A DNA stretch of 64,000 nucleotides from the NCBI GenBank assembly GCA_951406725.2, contig OX597828.1:30442001-30506000 (forward strand), written 5' to 3'. The number at the start of each line of letters is the position of its first letter. Positions within the stretch are counted from its first letter, which is position 1. The position numbers were made by a program, and so were the translations under genes. The DNA is from Octopus vulgaris (lineage: Eukaryota). The notes beneath the pieces were generated by a model. The model saw nothing but the letters and a program-made list of their open reading frames with translations, made no database searches and was not told the DNA's origin. This document shows positions 1 through 14,050 of the stretch, piece after piece.

Positions 1-1170
1 TATACAAACAATAACAGTTTTTCTTTGTTTCCTTGTAACTAAATTGTTTGTTGATATATCTATATTCTAAGAGCAACACATTAGAAAATCTAGATACAAT
101 CTACATACAATGTACCTACAATGAATAATTGAATATATTTCAAAAGAGGATGAAAAGGTCAAAAACGATATAGCACCGAATAGAATACATTAGAGTATTT
201 AGATCCTACTCATTGTTAACGGTAAAAATAAATAGAAGGGATAAATTGGAGTACAATGTATGTAACCATCCTTCCTATCAAAATAGAAAGGGGTTCAGAG
301 AAATGTAAGCGAGGCCTTTTCGGTTGTAAGTTTCCTGGGAAGAGTAAAATGAAATGTTTAACAAACAAAGAAATGTAATGTCATTGTATTATTGGCTATG
401 TTGCCACTTTTAGTGTTTATTCAACGACCATGCTTGTACAATACCTGCAGAAAGTCCGTTTAGTGAATTATGTCACCCTAGAACTGTTTTTGGCATTTAT
501 TTCAGCGTTCTCGTAAGGTCGGAAATGATAGGTAAAGCTTGATGTAAGGGGAAAGAACTGAATAGATATGTGTGTAGATGTATGTATGTGTAAGTGTGTA
601 TGCGTGTGTGCGAGCGTGTGTGTGTGTGCGTGCGCCTGTGTGTGGATGAGTGACTTTATTCCAATATGTTGCGCGTTATCACTCACTCACTCTCACACAA
701 CTAGTTTTCTGCACAGCTTTGTCAACCGAATTTTATTCACAACTTAACCGCACGCCATGATAAGGTATATTTGTTCGAAATGCTATACACTGTAATCAGA
801 TCCGGCATCGCGAGTTTCTCTTCTTTATAAGAGTTCCTTATGCGTTTATAATTCTTTATTATTAAATTATCGGGTCACGGAAAGAGGTAGAAAATAAAGA
901 ATGAGTCATTCATAGTGAGAAAGCAGAACAGAATTTCAACAGCGGAATAGACATCTCTGGAAGTCCAGTCCACTATATTAAAACCAAGATACGTATTAAT
1001 CCTTAAAAATGCAATTTCACCTTCGTAGCTATGTAGCAATACCTCTATGGATGCTAAAACGAAAGAAATTCGTCAAATTAACTCGTTACAAATGTAAAAC
1101 ATTGTTATTTGAGAACAAATCTTAATATCCTTCTATTTTGAGGCAATGACTAGATATTATGAACATTTTT

Positions 1171-1260
1171 AGGCGCAGGAGTGTCTTCTGCTATAGCCCC
1201 GGGCCGACCAATGCCTTGTGAGTGGATTTGGTAGACGGAAACTGAAAGAAGCCTGTCGTA

Positions 1261-1302
<42 letters not shown>

Positions 1303-1523
1303 CATATGTATGTTTGTGTGTCTGTGTTTGTCCCCCTAGCATTGCTTGACAACCGTTGCTGGTGTGTTTATGTCCCCGTTACTTAGCGGTTCGTTAAAAG
1401 AGACCGATAGAATAAGTACTGAACTTACAAAGAATAAGTCCTGGGGTCAATTTGCTCGACTAAAGGCGGTGCTCCAGCATGGCCGCAGTCAAAATGAATG
1501 AAACAAGTAAAAGAGTAAAAGAG
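1171..1523 (+). mobile_element. SINE family A copy with tRNA-like head internally deleted
   Basis: Matches copies at 43737 and 58492 (GCCTTGTGAGTGGATTTGGTAGACGGAAACTGAAAGAAGCC core, internal TA/TG tract, GGCGGTGCTCCAGCATGGCC tail, AGTAAAAG terminal repeats). The head jumps from AGGAGTG directly to TCTTCTG. Confidence 0.9.
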
Positions 1524-2004
1524 ATATCATTGTCATATATTTTAAATTATTTACAAACGAACTTTAGGCGGCATTATTTACATTTCCTCACCGTTGATAA
1601 TTCTCAACACGTTTAGCATCGGTGTATTTGATTTAGAGCCATACAAAAAAGAACATGCTCGCCTTTTATAACTGAATATATTTGAGGTTTTTCAGAACGA
1701 ACTTACTTTAAATACTATATTTCCACAGTTGTAAGGCCGATTTCAATATCATTAAATATCTTCTAATTTGACTCTCCTAATTGGGACTCAACTTTCCACT
1801 TCAACTAAATTGTTAACTGTAATATTCATTATAGAGTGCATTATCTGAAAATACACGTTTACTTCTGCCCGTGTTAGCGTTGAAGTTTCTCCTTTGTCGC
1901 AATTGTTCATTTAACTGATATAATAAATTCCAATTGTGTTTTTAAGTCGATTGGACGCCTACAGTCAAAAATACAAGGAAAGCGATTACATGCATACATA
2001 CATA

Positions 2005-3226
2005 TCAGGTCATCACATAAGTTCTGTCCGAATTTTGAATAAAGGAAACAAGAGATCAAATATTATATGTAATTAAAATTTTATCATCAATGTAATTTCC
2101 CTGATTTTCTATGACTTCTTTCTGTCTTTTTACAAGCTTTTTAATCCCATCAATGTAAAAATTTGCGAAAATTATGTCTCCCAACTGATTCTGTAAACTA
2201 CGGAACAAATGGTAGTCTGAAGGAGCAAGGTGAGGAATATAAAGTGGATGAGGAATTTTTTCTCAACCAAGCTCTTCGATCTTCTCTGATATGATCTTTG
2301 CAGTGTGGGGGCGCATTGTACTGATGAAACATCACTCCTTTTCGATTCACTAAAGCGGATCTTAATTTCTTCAAAGCTTGGTTCAAAACTTCTAATTGCT
2401 GGCAGTAGACTTGAGCTTTGATTGTTGTAACAATTCAAAGTGAATTACTCCTTTGCAATCCCACCAGATAGACAGAAGACCCTTTTTCTCATGAAGTTCC
2501 CTTCCCGATTGTGGTTGAGCACTTTGCACTTTTATCAAGCCACTGTTTACAACGTTTAACATTTCGATAGAAGATCCATTTTTCGTCACCAGTCCCAAGT
2601 CTATCCAAAAAGGCGGAGATGAGATCGCGAGAATGGAGAGAAGAGCACATGTCAGCTCGGGATTTGCGGTTGCTTTCGGTCAATTCAGGAGGCACCTATT
2701 TTCCAGGTATAGGAATCTTTCCAAGTTGTTGAAGATGACGATGAACAGTTGTATGGTTTGAACGAAGCTTTATTGTCAATTCCTCAACTGATAATGCAGG
2801 ATTGTCTTCAAGTAATGCCTCAAGGAGCTTTTCATCAAACTCAACTGGACGTCCTGTTCGATCTTCATCTTCAAGGCTGAAATCTCCGCTTCTGAATTTT
2901 GCAAACCATCACCTGCAAGCTATTTTATTCAAGCATTATTTCCCATAAACTGAGTGTATATTTCGAGTCATTTCGACTGCAGATTTTCCTTTTTTGTACT
3001 CATAAAGCATTATGTGCCTTAAATGCACTTTGGATACTTTGATGTTAGGAAGGGTTTTAATGAGAGAAATTTTAATTCTATTATTCTGTAAAATAATATT
3101 TAATTAGTTTAAATGTACACAAACGCATGAAAATAATTTTAAATTCCATTAGACATTCTAAAATACTATTAAATTTCATTTAATTTTAAAAAGGTAAAAT
3201 CGGACAGAACGTATAGAATGACATGA
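2005..3226 (-). mobile_element. Mariner (Tc1/mariner, DD34D-type) DNA transposon, full length but decayed
   Basis: TIRs TCAGGTCATCACATAAGTTCTGTCCGAATTTT / AAAATCGGACAGAACGTATAGAATGACATGA, each flanked by TA. Frameshifted transposase motifs VPPEL, TGDEKWIFYRN, SIWWDCKGVIHFELL and FHQYNAPPH. Confidence 0.95.
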
Positions 3227-3390
3227 TATATACATATATGCATGCAGACATATATAGATACTTACATACAAATCTGCACCCATACATATATACATACAGA
3301 CATGCATACATACATACATACGTACATACGTACATACATACATATATACATGCATACATACATACATACATACATACATACATACATACA
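3227..3390. repeat. (TACA)n/(TA)n microsatellite abutting the mariner TIR
   Basis: Direct reading of the sequence. Confidence 0.9.
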
Positions 3391-5212
3391 CCTTTGATAC
3401 TGTTGAAATTCCAGTGAAAGAGCCTTGGTTCTAAGTTAGAAATAGAGACTCTTTTTCTATTGGCAAGAAATCTTGAAATAAACTGAATAATGACATACAT
3501 ACGTATATGCTGACTTTGTCTTTCATCCTGTTGGGGTCCATGAAATAAGTACAAGTTGAACTTTATGGTCGATATATTTCTCCAAATTCTCAGAGCGTAG
3601 GCCTACAGTAGAAAGGAGCATTTACGTCTTTTTCTTGGCATTACTCTGTATTTTATTCCTCTTGGACGAATAAGCCAAATGATGGCATAGAAATCGAACG
3701 ATTTGGTATCTTATATTCTCATTTCAAATGTGAAAACTTCTCAGTTCATATATCTAGATAGTTGTCTGGTACTAAATATCAAACCCCAGACCACCGTTTT
3801 AATATGCAGCTGATTCCATTTTATTCCTCTCCTGCTCATACTACTCGTTTGGGAGCCATATATTTCCCAGTAGTATATTTGTTTTTCAACGAAATATCTT
3901 GGTATTGGATTCATAACGAAGAAATCAATAAAAACAATTCAATAAAGATTATTACCATCAGAAGCGTTAGTCTTTTTGGTCAAAATGCCGTTTGCTATTT
4001 ACGTAGATACTATCACATTAACAAAGATCGTTCCGAAGTTACTTTTGTCAAATTTAATTAATTTTTTCGGATTTGATCAACAGTAGTCTTACTATTAATA
4101 CACCAAGTTGAATATGTATTTTAGCATTGCCTTTTCATTTAGCCATTTGCAAGTTGTTACAATAACTAATACTAATACACCAGTTTTTGACTTTTGGCAC
4201 AAGGTCAGTAATTTTAAATGAGTTGGAAGTTGGTTATATCGCCCACAGTCCTTGACTGATTAAAGGATGAAATGTAAAGTGGACAGAATGCTCTCTATTG
4301 TTCCAGGTCCAATTACTCGTAATACTTTAAATAGTATCAGATGATAAATTAATCCTTTAAAACATATTTGGCCAAATGTTTGTTAGAAAAAGTAAGTTAC
4401 AAATGATGGTCTCCCACATGTGCTCCCGCCATTTTATATATGTAAGTTAAACAATGGCTGTCACAGTATTTTTTCATTTACGCCGCTCATCTCTTGTAAA
4501 AATCATGGGCAATCATTTAAGACGTTTGCCCATGTACTCTGCATGTAGTTTCGAAGAAAATGCATTGTAGATTTATTATTGAATGCTATAAAGGGCTCAA
4601 ATTTTAAGAGTGCCCGACTGGCAGCGTTACAATATTTGGGTTCTCTTCTCTAAGCTCTAAATTTAGTTCATCGGCTTTCGCCCTACTATGTTATACATTC
4701 TAGCCTCTCTATCAATTTTGACTATGTCCAGTTTTCACAGAAGGTCTTACAACTGAGAAAAATGCTGCACTATGCAAATTGCAGTGCTGATAACGTCTTC
4801 AAAACCACTATGGTCCATTTCCTTATAAACAGAGTACTTTTTGAGGTTTCAAATTCTGTTCTTATTTTATTGATCAGTATTTAATTCTGTGACAGAGTTA
4901 AGTTTAGGATAAAACCTTATTGTAATACACGTGTAGATTAAAAAAAGCCTAGCGCTGATTAAAATACAGTTAATAATACTTCACATGATACGTGTTATTA
5001 AACAACAGGATAAAATTTATATTAGGTAATAAATTTATTTATCATTTTTGTAAGATATTTATTCACAGTCATTTTTTTTTAGCATGACGCTGTACTTCTA
5101 AATATTGAATGCACCATCAACTGGTGCAACTATGCCTCGAAATGACAACAATATATATTTCAACACGCGATTTTACATAATTAATTTGGCAAAACAAATA
5201 AATCCCTCTCTC

Positions 5213-5261
<49 letters not shown>

Positions 5262-5489
5262 ATAAAAGCAATTAAGATTCAAGTCAATTCTAATGAATTT
5301 ACTTGAATGCGGTACTTAACTTAGATGCACCAGAAAACTATATGGTGTTAACCATACATTAATGTGGGGTGATTGTAAACGAGAAAGAAGCAACAAGAAT
5401 GGATTAGTTTTTAGTACAATTGTTTCATACAAATACATGCTTTATTAAAAGTTGCAAAAAAAAATATATATATATATATATATGTACAT

Positions 5490-5704
5490 ACTTAGATATA
5501 TACATGTGTGTGTGTTCGTGTGTATATACACACGCAAATGTCGAATGATGACAATGATTGCTCAACACAGTATTGTAGGATATAATTTCTATATCTGTGA
5601 ATTAACGCTACCATTAGATTCATGTTTACAAAAGTAGGAAAATATCCAAGTCTCTTTGCAATTTTGTATGTATGTGTATGTATGTGTCTGTATATGTGTA
5701 TAAG

Positions 5705-5753
<49 letters not shown>

Positions 5754-5958
5754 TTGTATATATACATATACACATATACGTACAAATTTGCTACGACACT
5801 TGTATATTTTCCTACTTTTGTAAACATAAATGCAATGGTAGCGTTAATTCACAAATAAAGAACTGATATCCTCCAATACCGTGTTGAGCTCTCATTCTCA
5901 TGATTCGATATTTGCGTCTGTATAGATACACAAACACACATACACATATATATCTATG

Positions 5959-5965
<7 letters not shown>
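5490..5965. repeat. Diverged inverted repeat (foldback/MITE-like) centred on a (TA)n tract
   Basis: 5532-5677 (ACGCAAAT...TGTGAATTAACGCTACCATT...TGTTTACAAAAGTAGGAAAATAT) is the reverse complement of 5770-5917. Confidence 0.85.
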
Positions 5966-6015
<50 letters not shown>

Positions 6016-8693
6016 GTACACTAGGTGAAAAAGCAGAGAATTGAACATCAGTTACGGGTCACATGTGGGCAGCAGATAGAAGGAAAGAAGGATGAAAGAG
6101 ATAGAGAGAGAGAGAGAGAGAGGGCGATAATACCTGCATACAAAGTTATACAAATATCTTGTTTTAGCCTCACAACGTACAATACATCATACTGCAAACC
6201 TACCTCTACTTAACAGTACACATCGTTCATTTTTACTTGATGGCTTAACATATTTTGGTTGTTGTAAAACTTCCGAATCATTAATATTTATGAAGACGGT
6301 CGCATTCTTTATAGAAATGAAAACACTAAAAACACGGTTAAATTCTCCCCAGTTCAAGACGTCTCTTTCATTATTTAATGTATTTTTCGTGCAAAATATA
6401 TCTTCATTCAAAATTCTCTTTTGAGTTAAACATTTCTCATTCTTCTTTTTATTGAAAGTTCTCCCCGGTGAAGACAAATAATTACTTTGTTTTTCAAATG
6501 CTGTTTGTCATAAACCAATTTCTTTAATGGTAAGCATTTTATAATTTAATTAGACACTATGTCAAATATAATGTACTGGTGTCGTATGAAACTATTAAAA
6601 ATATATACTGTTGAGAGTTATAACAAAACCAATAGATGACAAGATGTTTCTCAGGGAATGTTCTATATTTTTGTACAGCTTGGAAAAACTGTTATAATGT
6701 GAAATCCTCGCCCACTTGTATTTTATTGTCGGCACTGTATTATTCTTGTCGCCACTCCTATGTTGTGGCGGTATTCGCGTCTTACCGTTGACTCGTCTAT
6801 CGTGCTGTCGCTGATAGCTCCGCAAGATAATGACTGAATCGTCTAACTTGGCGATGACTGGGAATTGTATGTCACGTAAATGACACTGACTCTAACTGAT
6901 AATTCGTACAACGATTCAACTACTACTGACCTTTTATAACGACCGACTGTCAGACTTTATAATGGCTTTTTCATACCACTTAGTCACGCGGAAAGAGGAG
7001 CACCATTTTGACAACAATAAATGCCAAGAATAATTCCTTTTCTTGCGATTTTTGTTTCCACGTCTTTATTGTGTAAGATATCATATAGAAAGTATATAAT
7101 AAAATTAACTCGAAACTATGAAGCAGAAAAAAAAAACAACAAATTATCTTGACACCAATACAACATGAACCAAGTGGCAACAAGAAGATCAATCAAACAC
7201 GTATATTATCTCTCTTTCTAAGACAAGTTTTGTTTATCACTGAAATGTATTGGAACAGACGATTCATTATTTTTTATCTATTCCATTCCATAATGAGGAA
7301 TATTTATGCATAATAAGCGAAAATGAACGAATAAATTGTGAGAACTATATATGTCAACATATTGTACATTGCCTTACGAGATATAACTATGAGAAAATTA
7401 AGACATAAAAGATAATAAATAGGTATGAAGTATACACCATTTTGTGCAATATAACCCTCATAAAATAAGAAGTGACGCACTGTAATGTAGAAAAATAAAA
7501 CATAAAATGAAATTGTTATAAGGTTTCTCTAACAAAATATCAAAGAATTTACATTGTGTGAATAGGAATTAAGTAATTTATCTAAACATTACCGTATCTA
7601 TTTTATATAGTTTAACATCTCATCTCGTTAATCACGAATAGTTTAAAGCGGAATAAATTGTAATTATGATGTTTATGGTGTGACTAAATTGCTGATGAGA
7701 ATTTATATCCTAAATGGTTTATTAATATAAAAAGAAATTTAAACACATTCGCTTCCTGAATGTAAAGGAAATTCCTGTTTACTTTCGAAATGGTATGTAG
7801 AAGATGTGTTTTGGATGTGGTTCTTTTACTCTTTTAATCATTGATTAGTTTAGGTTCCTCAGCCACGTCCAGCATTGGTCAATATTTTCACTAGATGTAG
7901 ATGATCACATCAACTGCAATATTTTTGTTTTACACTGTATTTAATTGACTTTCAATGTGGAAAATGTGGTGCCCATCTGATCAAAACTTGGGGGATGGGA
8001 ACAAAATATAAAAGGCGGCAAGAAAATATTAGTAGGTGTAATATTTGACGGTCTAAGTATGTGCGCGCGCGCGCCTCTGTGTGTGTGTGTGTGTGTATAA
8101 AATATGCAGTATTCTTTGTAACTGTCTTGGTTAAATGTTTATAATCCAGCGAAGCGAACCCAAAATTTACCCATCAGATGAAGTAAATTGGGTCTGCTTA
8201 CCTTCAATAATCTTAGGTGCTTCTTACAATCCGATGTGGTTAGCTATGACCGGGATTATAACTGTGTACTCGTAGGGTACTCGCCTGGGGAAAATACACA
8301 TACACATACACACACATCTAGTTATATGTATACCCATAACATCATCATTATCATCGTTTAACGCTTTTTTTCTATATGGGCATGTGTATGAATGGCAAGC
8401 GGCAAGATAGCTTGCGGCGCCAGTTTGAGATTTGGTATAGATTCAATATACGGATACCTTTTGTAACGCCATAACTTATAAAAAAACGATATTTAAACAC
8501 AACATATAATATATATATATATATATATATGAGTGTGTGTATCTATCTGTATCTGTGTATATATATGTATACGTGCATACGGGTGAGTGTGTATATATGT
8601 CTGTTCAGAAATAAAGACAAGGGATCGAAGAACCCGATTTCTATTAAAACGACAAGGCGAACAGCTTCAGAATGACGACTATTATTATTACAG

Positions 8694-8842
8694 CTGGTAG
8701 TTATTCGACGGCTACAACCACTCCTAAGAAAACAAGTGTTGAACACACTATTCAACTTACAAAAATAGAGAGTAGTGATTTACAGTCAGTTGAACTTGTC
8801 ACGCTACCAGAACCAAAGGAGATTATCACGTGGTTTTTTCAG
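8694..8842 (+). CDS. Candidate internal coding exon of an unidentified host gene (AGSYSTATTTPKKTSVEHTIQLTKIESSDLQSVELVTLPEPKEIITWFFQ)
   Basis: TTACAG acceptor and CAG|GTAAAA donor. The 149-bp frame is open (phase 1 to phase 0) with non-repetitive, protein-like composition. No homology recognised. Confidence 0.4.
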
Positions 8843-9079
8843 GTAAAACGAAAGTAAAATATGAATGTTAATCTTAATTTCAACTTTAATTTTTTAATAG
8901 CTCTCTTCTATTTAAATATTCCATTTTAGCACATATTTTTGATAAGGTTTTTCAAAAACGAAACACGTAAAAGGAAAATTATAATGTACCCAATTTTAAG
9001 TAAGTAACATTTTCGTTATTGCTTTTTATAAATATCTACTCGTGTGTTACCTCTACAAATATTTTCAAGTATTATCCCC

Positions 9080-10800
9080 ACCACGAGCTACGAAAAATGC
9101 CCACCAAAACAGACGCAAACATCCTCTCTATAAATGAAGAGATTCTAAAATAACTTGAGAACATAAACTAAAGCATAATAGTAAAACTCAACATCTCATC
9201 CATCTACAAAAAACAATGAAGATACCGAAACGAGCAAGGCATCTACCGAAATATATTAGAACCTTGGAAATTTATGCGAAACAATTTAAACATATTTTTG
9301 AAACATTTCAAATCAAGGACAAGAAAACGAGGAATCACATGGGTTGAACAACGTCACATCAACAGTCCAATTATAAAAACGACGTGTTACCGCAATGGAG
9401 AAGACTTCTTTGGAACGGAAAATTTGTGTTTTGGAAAATGATACAAAACCACAACAAAGCAGAGATATAAAAAAAGAGCTTACATCGACACCCTTAATCA
9501 TACACAGCAAATTACAAATACAACCCATCCTGGAAGAACCAGAAGCACAAAGGAAACTTCGAGAAAGAACGATACTAGAAAAAATGAAAATGGAAACGGA
9601 ACTGAGGGCAGAAACAAACGAAGAAACAGTAAAAAGCATAGACGAAGAAATCAACAAGGAACTCAACAAACAAGGCCCCAACACAGAAACAATGCTAAAA
9701 TTATGGAAAGAGGAGAGTGAAAAAGAGGAACTAAAACACCTCCAACGATGGGAAAAGAGCGCTAACTGGTTCTCGACTTACGAAACCAACTTCAAAAACG
9801 AACACAACTCCAACGACACCTTCCTAAAATTAAGAAAAACAAAACCTCAATCTATCATAACTGAACAAACCAACAATAAAATCGAACATACTTCCCTCCC
9901 GAGAAAGTCATTTTGAACGTACCCCATCCTATATAAACGCACCACAAAACACCTGCAGGGATACACCACACTATTTTAGGAACCGCAGTCTACATAACCC
10001 AAGCCACATAAATGCACCACGAAACACCTACAGGGATACACTACACAATTTTAGGCGCCACAATCTTAATAATCCGACTAAAACACACGAACGAAGACTA
10101 TACTCTCAGAACCCACCATGGAAGCATAACAAACAACAAACCCACTACAGAAGAAACAATTACCAACATCATACACCTGAAACACTAAGACGGAGCACGA
10201 GGTTCAAAAACACACTACGAAATAAGTACACCATAAACCCACTATAAAAATTACAGCAACTGGTGACAGATAAACAACACTATTCAACCCAAGCACACCC
10301 ACCATTTTTTAGACCCAGTACACAGAAAAAGGAAAAAACGATGGCACCGGACGTACCAGGGAAACCACAGGCAATGAAAATAGTAAATCTCTCTAATAAA
10401 GAACTTGCACCCAACCAGGTAGCCATACCGTCCAAAGGGCTAAAATTTACACCAGCCCCGCAACGACCAAATTACCATAAAATGAAAGACAATATTTCTG
10501 AATTTTGTAGAAAATTAAGACTAGCCGAGGAATTTTATGACAAGCACATCGCCGACGATTCAAGTGCTAGAAATAGCAGCGACTATACCTCTACAAAAGT
10601 AAAGTATAAAGCACGACCGATTCTCTGAGCACGTCAATCAACCTTATCAACTCACAAATAAACAAAAACCAGACCAAACTTCAGCAAGAGAGAATGGAAC
10701 GACCTTAACGAACTAAAAGAAGATAAAAACCATAACAATCAAAGAGGCAGAAACAGATGACGCAGTAGTCTTAATGAACACCAGGGACTATATAAATCTA
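9080..10800 (+). mobile_element. Penelope-like retroelement, 5' part (coiled-coil N-terminal region plus pre-RT region), decayed
   Basis: Peptides IVNLSNKEL..SKGLKFTPAP..SEFCRKLRLAEEFY (10263-10628) and NFSKREWNDLNELKEDK..TIKEAE..AVVLMNTRDY (10675-10792) are typical of the PLE region upstream of the RT. A-rich sense strand. Confidence 0.8.
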
Positions 10801-10829
10801 GTAGTATGTCTATAAGGGGGTGAGACATT

Positions 10830-10945
10830 CTTGTCTGTCTTTGTTTGTCCCCTGTGTGTTTAGCCCCTTGTGGGTAGTAAAGAAATAGGTATTTCGTCTG
10901 TCTTTACGTTCGGAGTTTAAATACCACCAAGGTCGATTTTGCCTG
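10830..10945 (+). mobile_element. SINE family B internal fragment
   Basis: TTGTTTGTCCCC..TTTAGCCCCTTGTGGGTAGTAAAGAAATAGGTATTTCGTCTG matches the copy at 38300-38420. Confidence 0.85.
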
Positions 10946-11056
10946 GAAAATGGTAGTTTGACAGGAAGAGTTAGGAAGAAGGGGAGACAATAAAGTACTA
11001 GTGACCCCAAATCGAAGCATATATATCTATAGTCAATTAAAGTAAGCAAGTAAAAA

Positions 11057-11451
11057 CTTTTCTGCTCTAGGCACAACGCCCAAAATGTTCAGCGAGGGGA
11101 GAGTCGATTAGATCGACACTAGTGCGGAACTGGTACTTAATTTATCGTCTTCTGAAAGAATGAAAGGCATAGTCGACCTCGGCGGAATTTGAACTCTGAA
11201 CGTAGCGGCAGACGAAATACATATTTTTTAACTACCCACAAGGGGCTAAACATAGAGGGGACAAACAAGGACAGACAAACGGATTAAGTCGGTTACATCG
11301 ACCCCAGTGCGTAACTGGTCCTTATTTAATCGACCCCGAAAGGATGAAAGGCAAATTCGACCTCGGCGGAATTTGAACTCAGAACGTAGCGGCAGACGAA
11401 ATACCGCAATGCATATCGCCCGCCGTGCTAACGTTTCTGCCAGCTCATCGC
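11057..11451 (-). mobile_element. SINE family B, dimeric form
   Basis: Reverse complement of the 38133-38528 copy, with two GGTATTTCGTCTG..GAGTTCAAATTCCGCCGAGGTCGAC units. Confidence 0.9.
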
Positions 11452-13424
11452 TTGAGGGAGATAGAATTTTGGAGATGCTTGAATCTTAATGATCACTTGA
11501 TCACTACAATTGTTTCGCCTAACTTGACATCGATTCCACGCGAGTGAGATTCTGAAAACTATATATATATCCCTCAATGTAGATGTGTCTCTTGGGGTGA
11601 TTTCTGTAGGTACATCGTGAATATGAACTCTCGTTCGCAAGATTTTCTCTTGGTCTTCGTGTAAGGTGTAAGGTAAATTAAGGTACACAGTTTCATTCTA
11701 ACGACATCCATAAAAAGTACCAGATACGAAAAGGAAGAAATACACAATACAGTGAAAAAGTATTAGTTATTACGGTTAGTATCTTCCGTAATATCTTCTT
11801 AAACACACCTGGCCTTGTATATTGTGGTTTGCAAACCAAATACTGTGTCATTGTTAGTAAACGATACTGACGTTCCAGCTGCCTGGTATATGTTTTATAT
11901 ATAAATTAATACTACACCGCTAAACCTCGTGGGTGGTTAAGCAATGCGTTCAGGGATAGTTGTGGGGGATACGTATATATCCATATATGTGTGTGTGTGT
12001 ATATACACAATGAGTATGTATTGGTATCAGTGTAGTTCAGTTCCTGTGCAGACCTACAATTAAGTCATCTTGTTATTCAATTAGTCTCTTTTATATTTTA
12101 AAAATTTCGTGCAGAGCGGATTGGCGAGAAATATATCCACATATTTTACCATCAGTTTTAAATAGTCGTTTTCAAATAAATAAAACAAATAATTCTTTCG
12201 CAAACGTAATGTCAATGGAATTTGTCTTTTCTTTCTTATGTAGTCGCAAAATCCTGTTCTAAAACATAGCAACAGTTGATTATTGAGCTTCACTTAATTA
12301 TACTCATTCCAATTAACTTATTGTAGAAATTTTTTCCTCTCGCGGTTTTGTTTGAAGAAGACAATTGTAATTTCGCAAAGTTTTTGCAGCAAAGTGGAAT
12401 CGGAATATTAAAAGAGATTGATTAAATGTTCGCATGTTCCATGAAATTTCACTTTACGGCTTTTTATTCACTTTCTCCGATCATGAATTTTATCTGTATT
12501 CAGAGATGAATGTAAATTTATTCGTGAAAACTTTTGATTACTTGAAACACATGGTATTTAAATGGTAAAATGTGACTATTATTCTAAAGGTCAGGAGGCT
12601 ATATGTAGATGCTTTATTTTCCTTTCTATAATTCAACTTGCATATTCCTAAATGTAAACAATGTGAAGTTATATATCAAAATAACTTTCCATATTAAACT
12701 TATTATTTCCAAGCTCGGCATTTTCTGTAGTTACAATAAATATGATAATTGTGTATACGATAGAATCAATACAGATGCATTTATTTTGGTTAAAATGCAT
12801 AGCTGCTTACTGCTGACGTTTAACACAACGTAAGGTATGTTCCAGTCACACTGAGCGTCTGGTTTTCCATAGCGATGGCTGCCTTACTAGTTGCTTATTC
12901 AATATTAAGGCGTTAAGAGGGGAAATTAGGTCATTATATTCATGAGACGTAGTAATCAAGTATGAATTCACGCATTGGTTTGAGGTATAAAATATATTTC
13001 TTCATGTTACTTTTTCTCAGTTCTCTGGAACTCTAGTGATAAGACTTAACGATGCCTGTGTGTAATTTGGCAAAAAATTGACCCCTATTTCTAATAATTC
13101 CAGCTAATTTAAACCTACTTACTAATCCCTCATTATAATCAGTACACATACTAATATGCATTTGTTGTAATAATAACGAGGCAGCATAATCCTTAATAAT
13201 CATACTTATTTCATATAAAGTGCGATTATGTTACTGGTCTTTGGTGTAAACAGTTTTCCAAAATGACGTTTAGCTGTATCAATTAAAAAAAAAGGCCTCT
13301 TTAGACAAGCAGACTATCAGAAAATAATCCAGACGTGAAAAAAGTAGTGGAAGGAGTAAGAAATTTGTTGAATACAATTTGGTAGAATGAGGTTATGTAA
13401 ACACAGTATTTCTATACGTTCATT

Positions 13425-14050
13425 CATTTATAACATTCAGACTTGTCGTTGAAAGTGTCAACATTAGCAGATAACTTAGACAATCGGAATGAAATATTTT
13501 AAACTAAATTCTTAGTGATTGCCCTAGAATGATTACTGAATTGGGTAATATACTTAAGATTGGTTGATGGTTTGTGGTATGGGAAGTACGATTTATCGCG
13601 TAAGGTAAGTATAATATCTAAAATGTTGGCTTTCGTTTCAATATCATCAAGAACGATGCCTACCCCCGTCTTTTGTACTTTTTGGTTAGAAACATTTTCA
13701 ACGTAAAGTTAGCAATCATCACGATATCGACCTCCATTGATGCTTGGGAACTTATAAAGTGATGTTGGGTTGATGGAGAAATAGAAATTAGAAATGTCAA
13801 GCTGGATAACCTTCTCACACTTTTTATTAGTAATAAAACTAAACCAGTCGACGACTTGGAACGAATTGGACCGTAAACTAAGCTTTAATTTTGTAACTAA
13901 GGTAGGAACATATATATATAATTTTACGAAGTACAAAGATGTCAGAGCTAGAAGGACAGATAAGTCATAAGGATGGGTTATTAGAAAAATGCTTTGTGGT
14001 CTTTTAAAATAAAACGATATTTCTTAGGATCAAATGGTTCTGTCTTCATC
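13425..14050 (-). mobile_element. Penelope-like RT fragment (inverted segment), internally deleted
   Basis: Minus-strand peptides ILKDHK..FSNNPS, VVDWFSFITNKK..IQLDISNFY, GRYRDD and NILDIILTL..PYHKP..SNHSRAI..RLSKLSAN. Confidence 0.85.
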
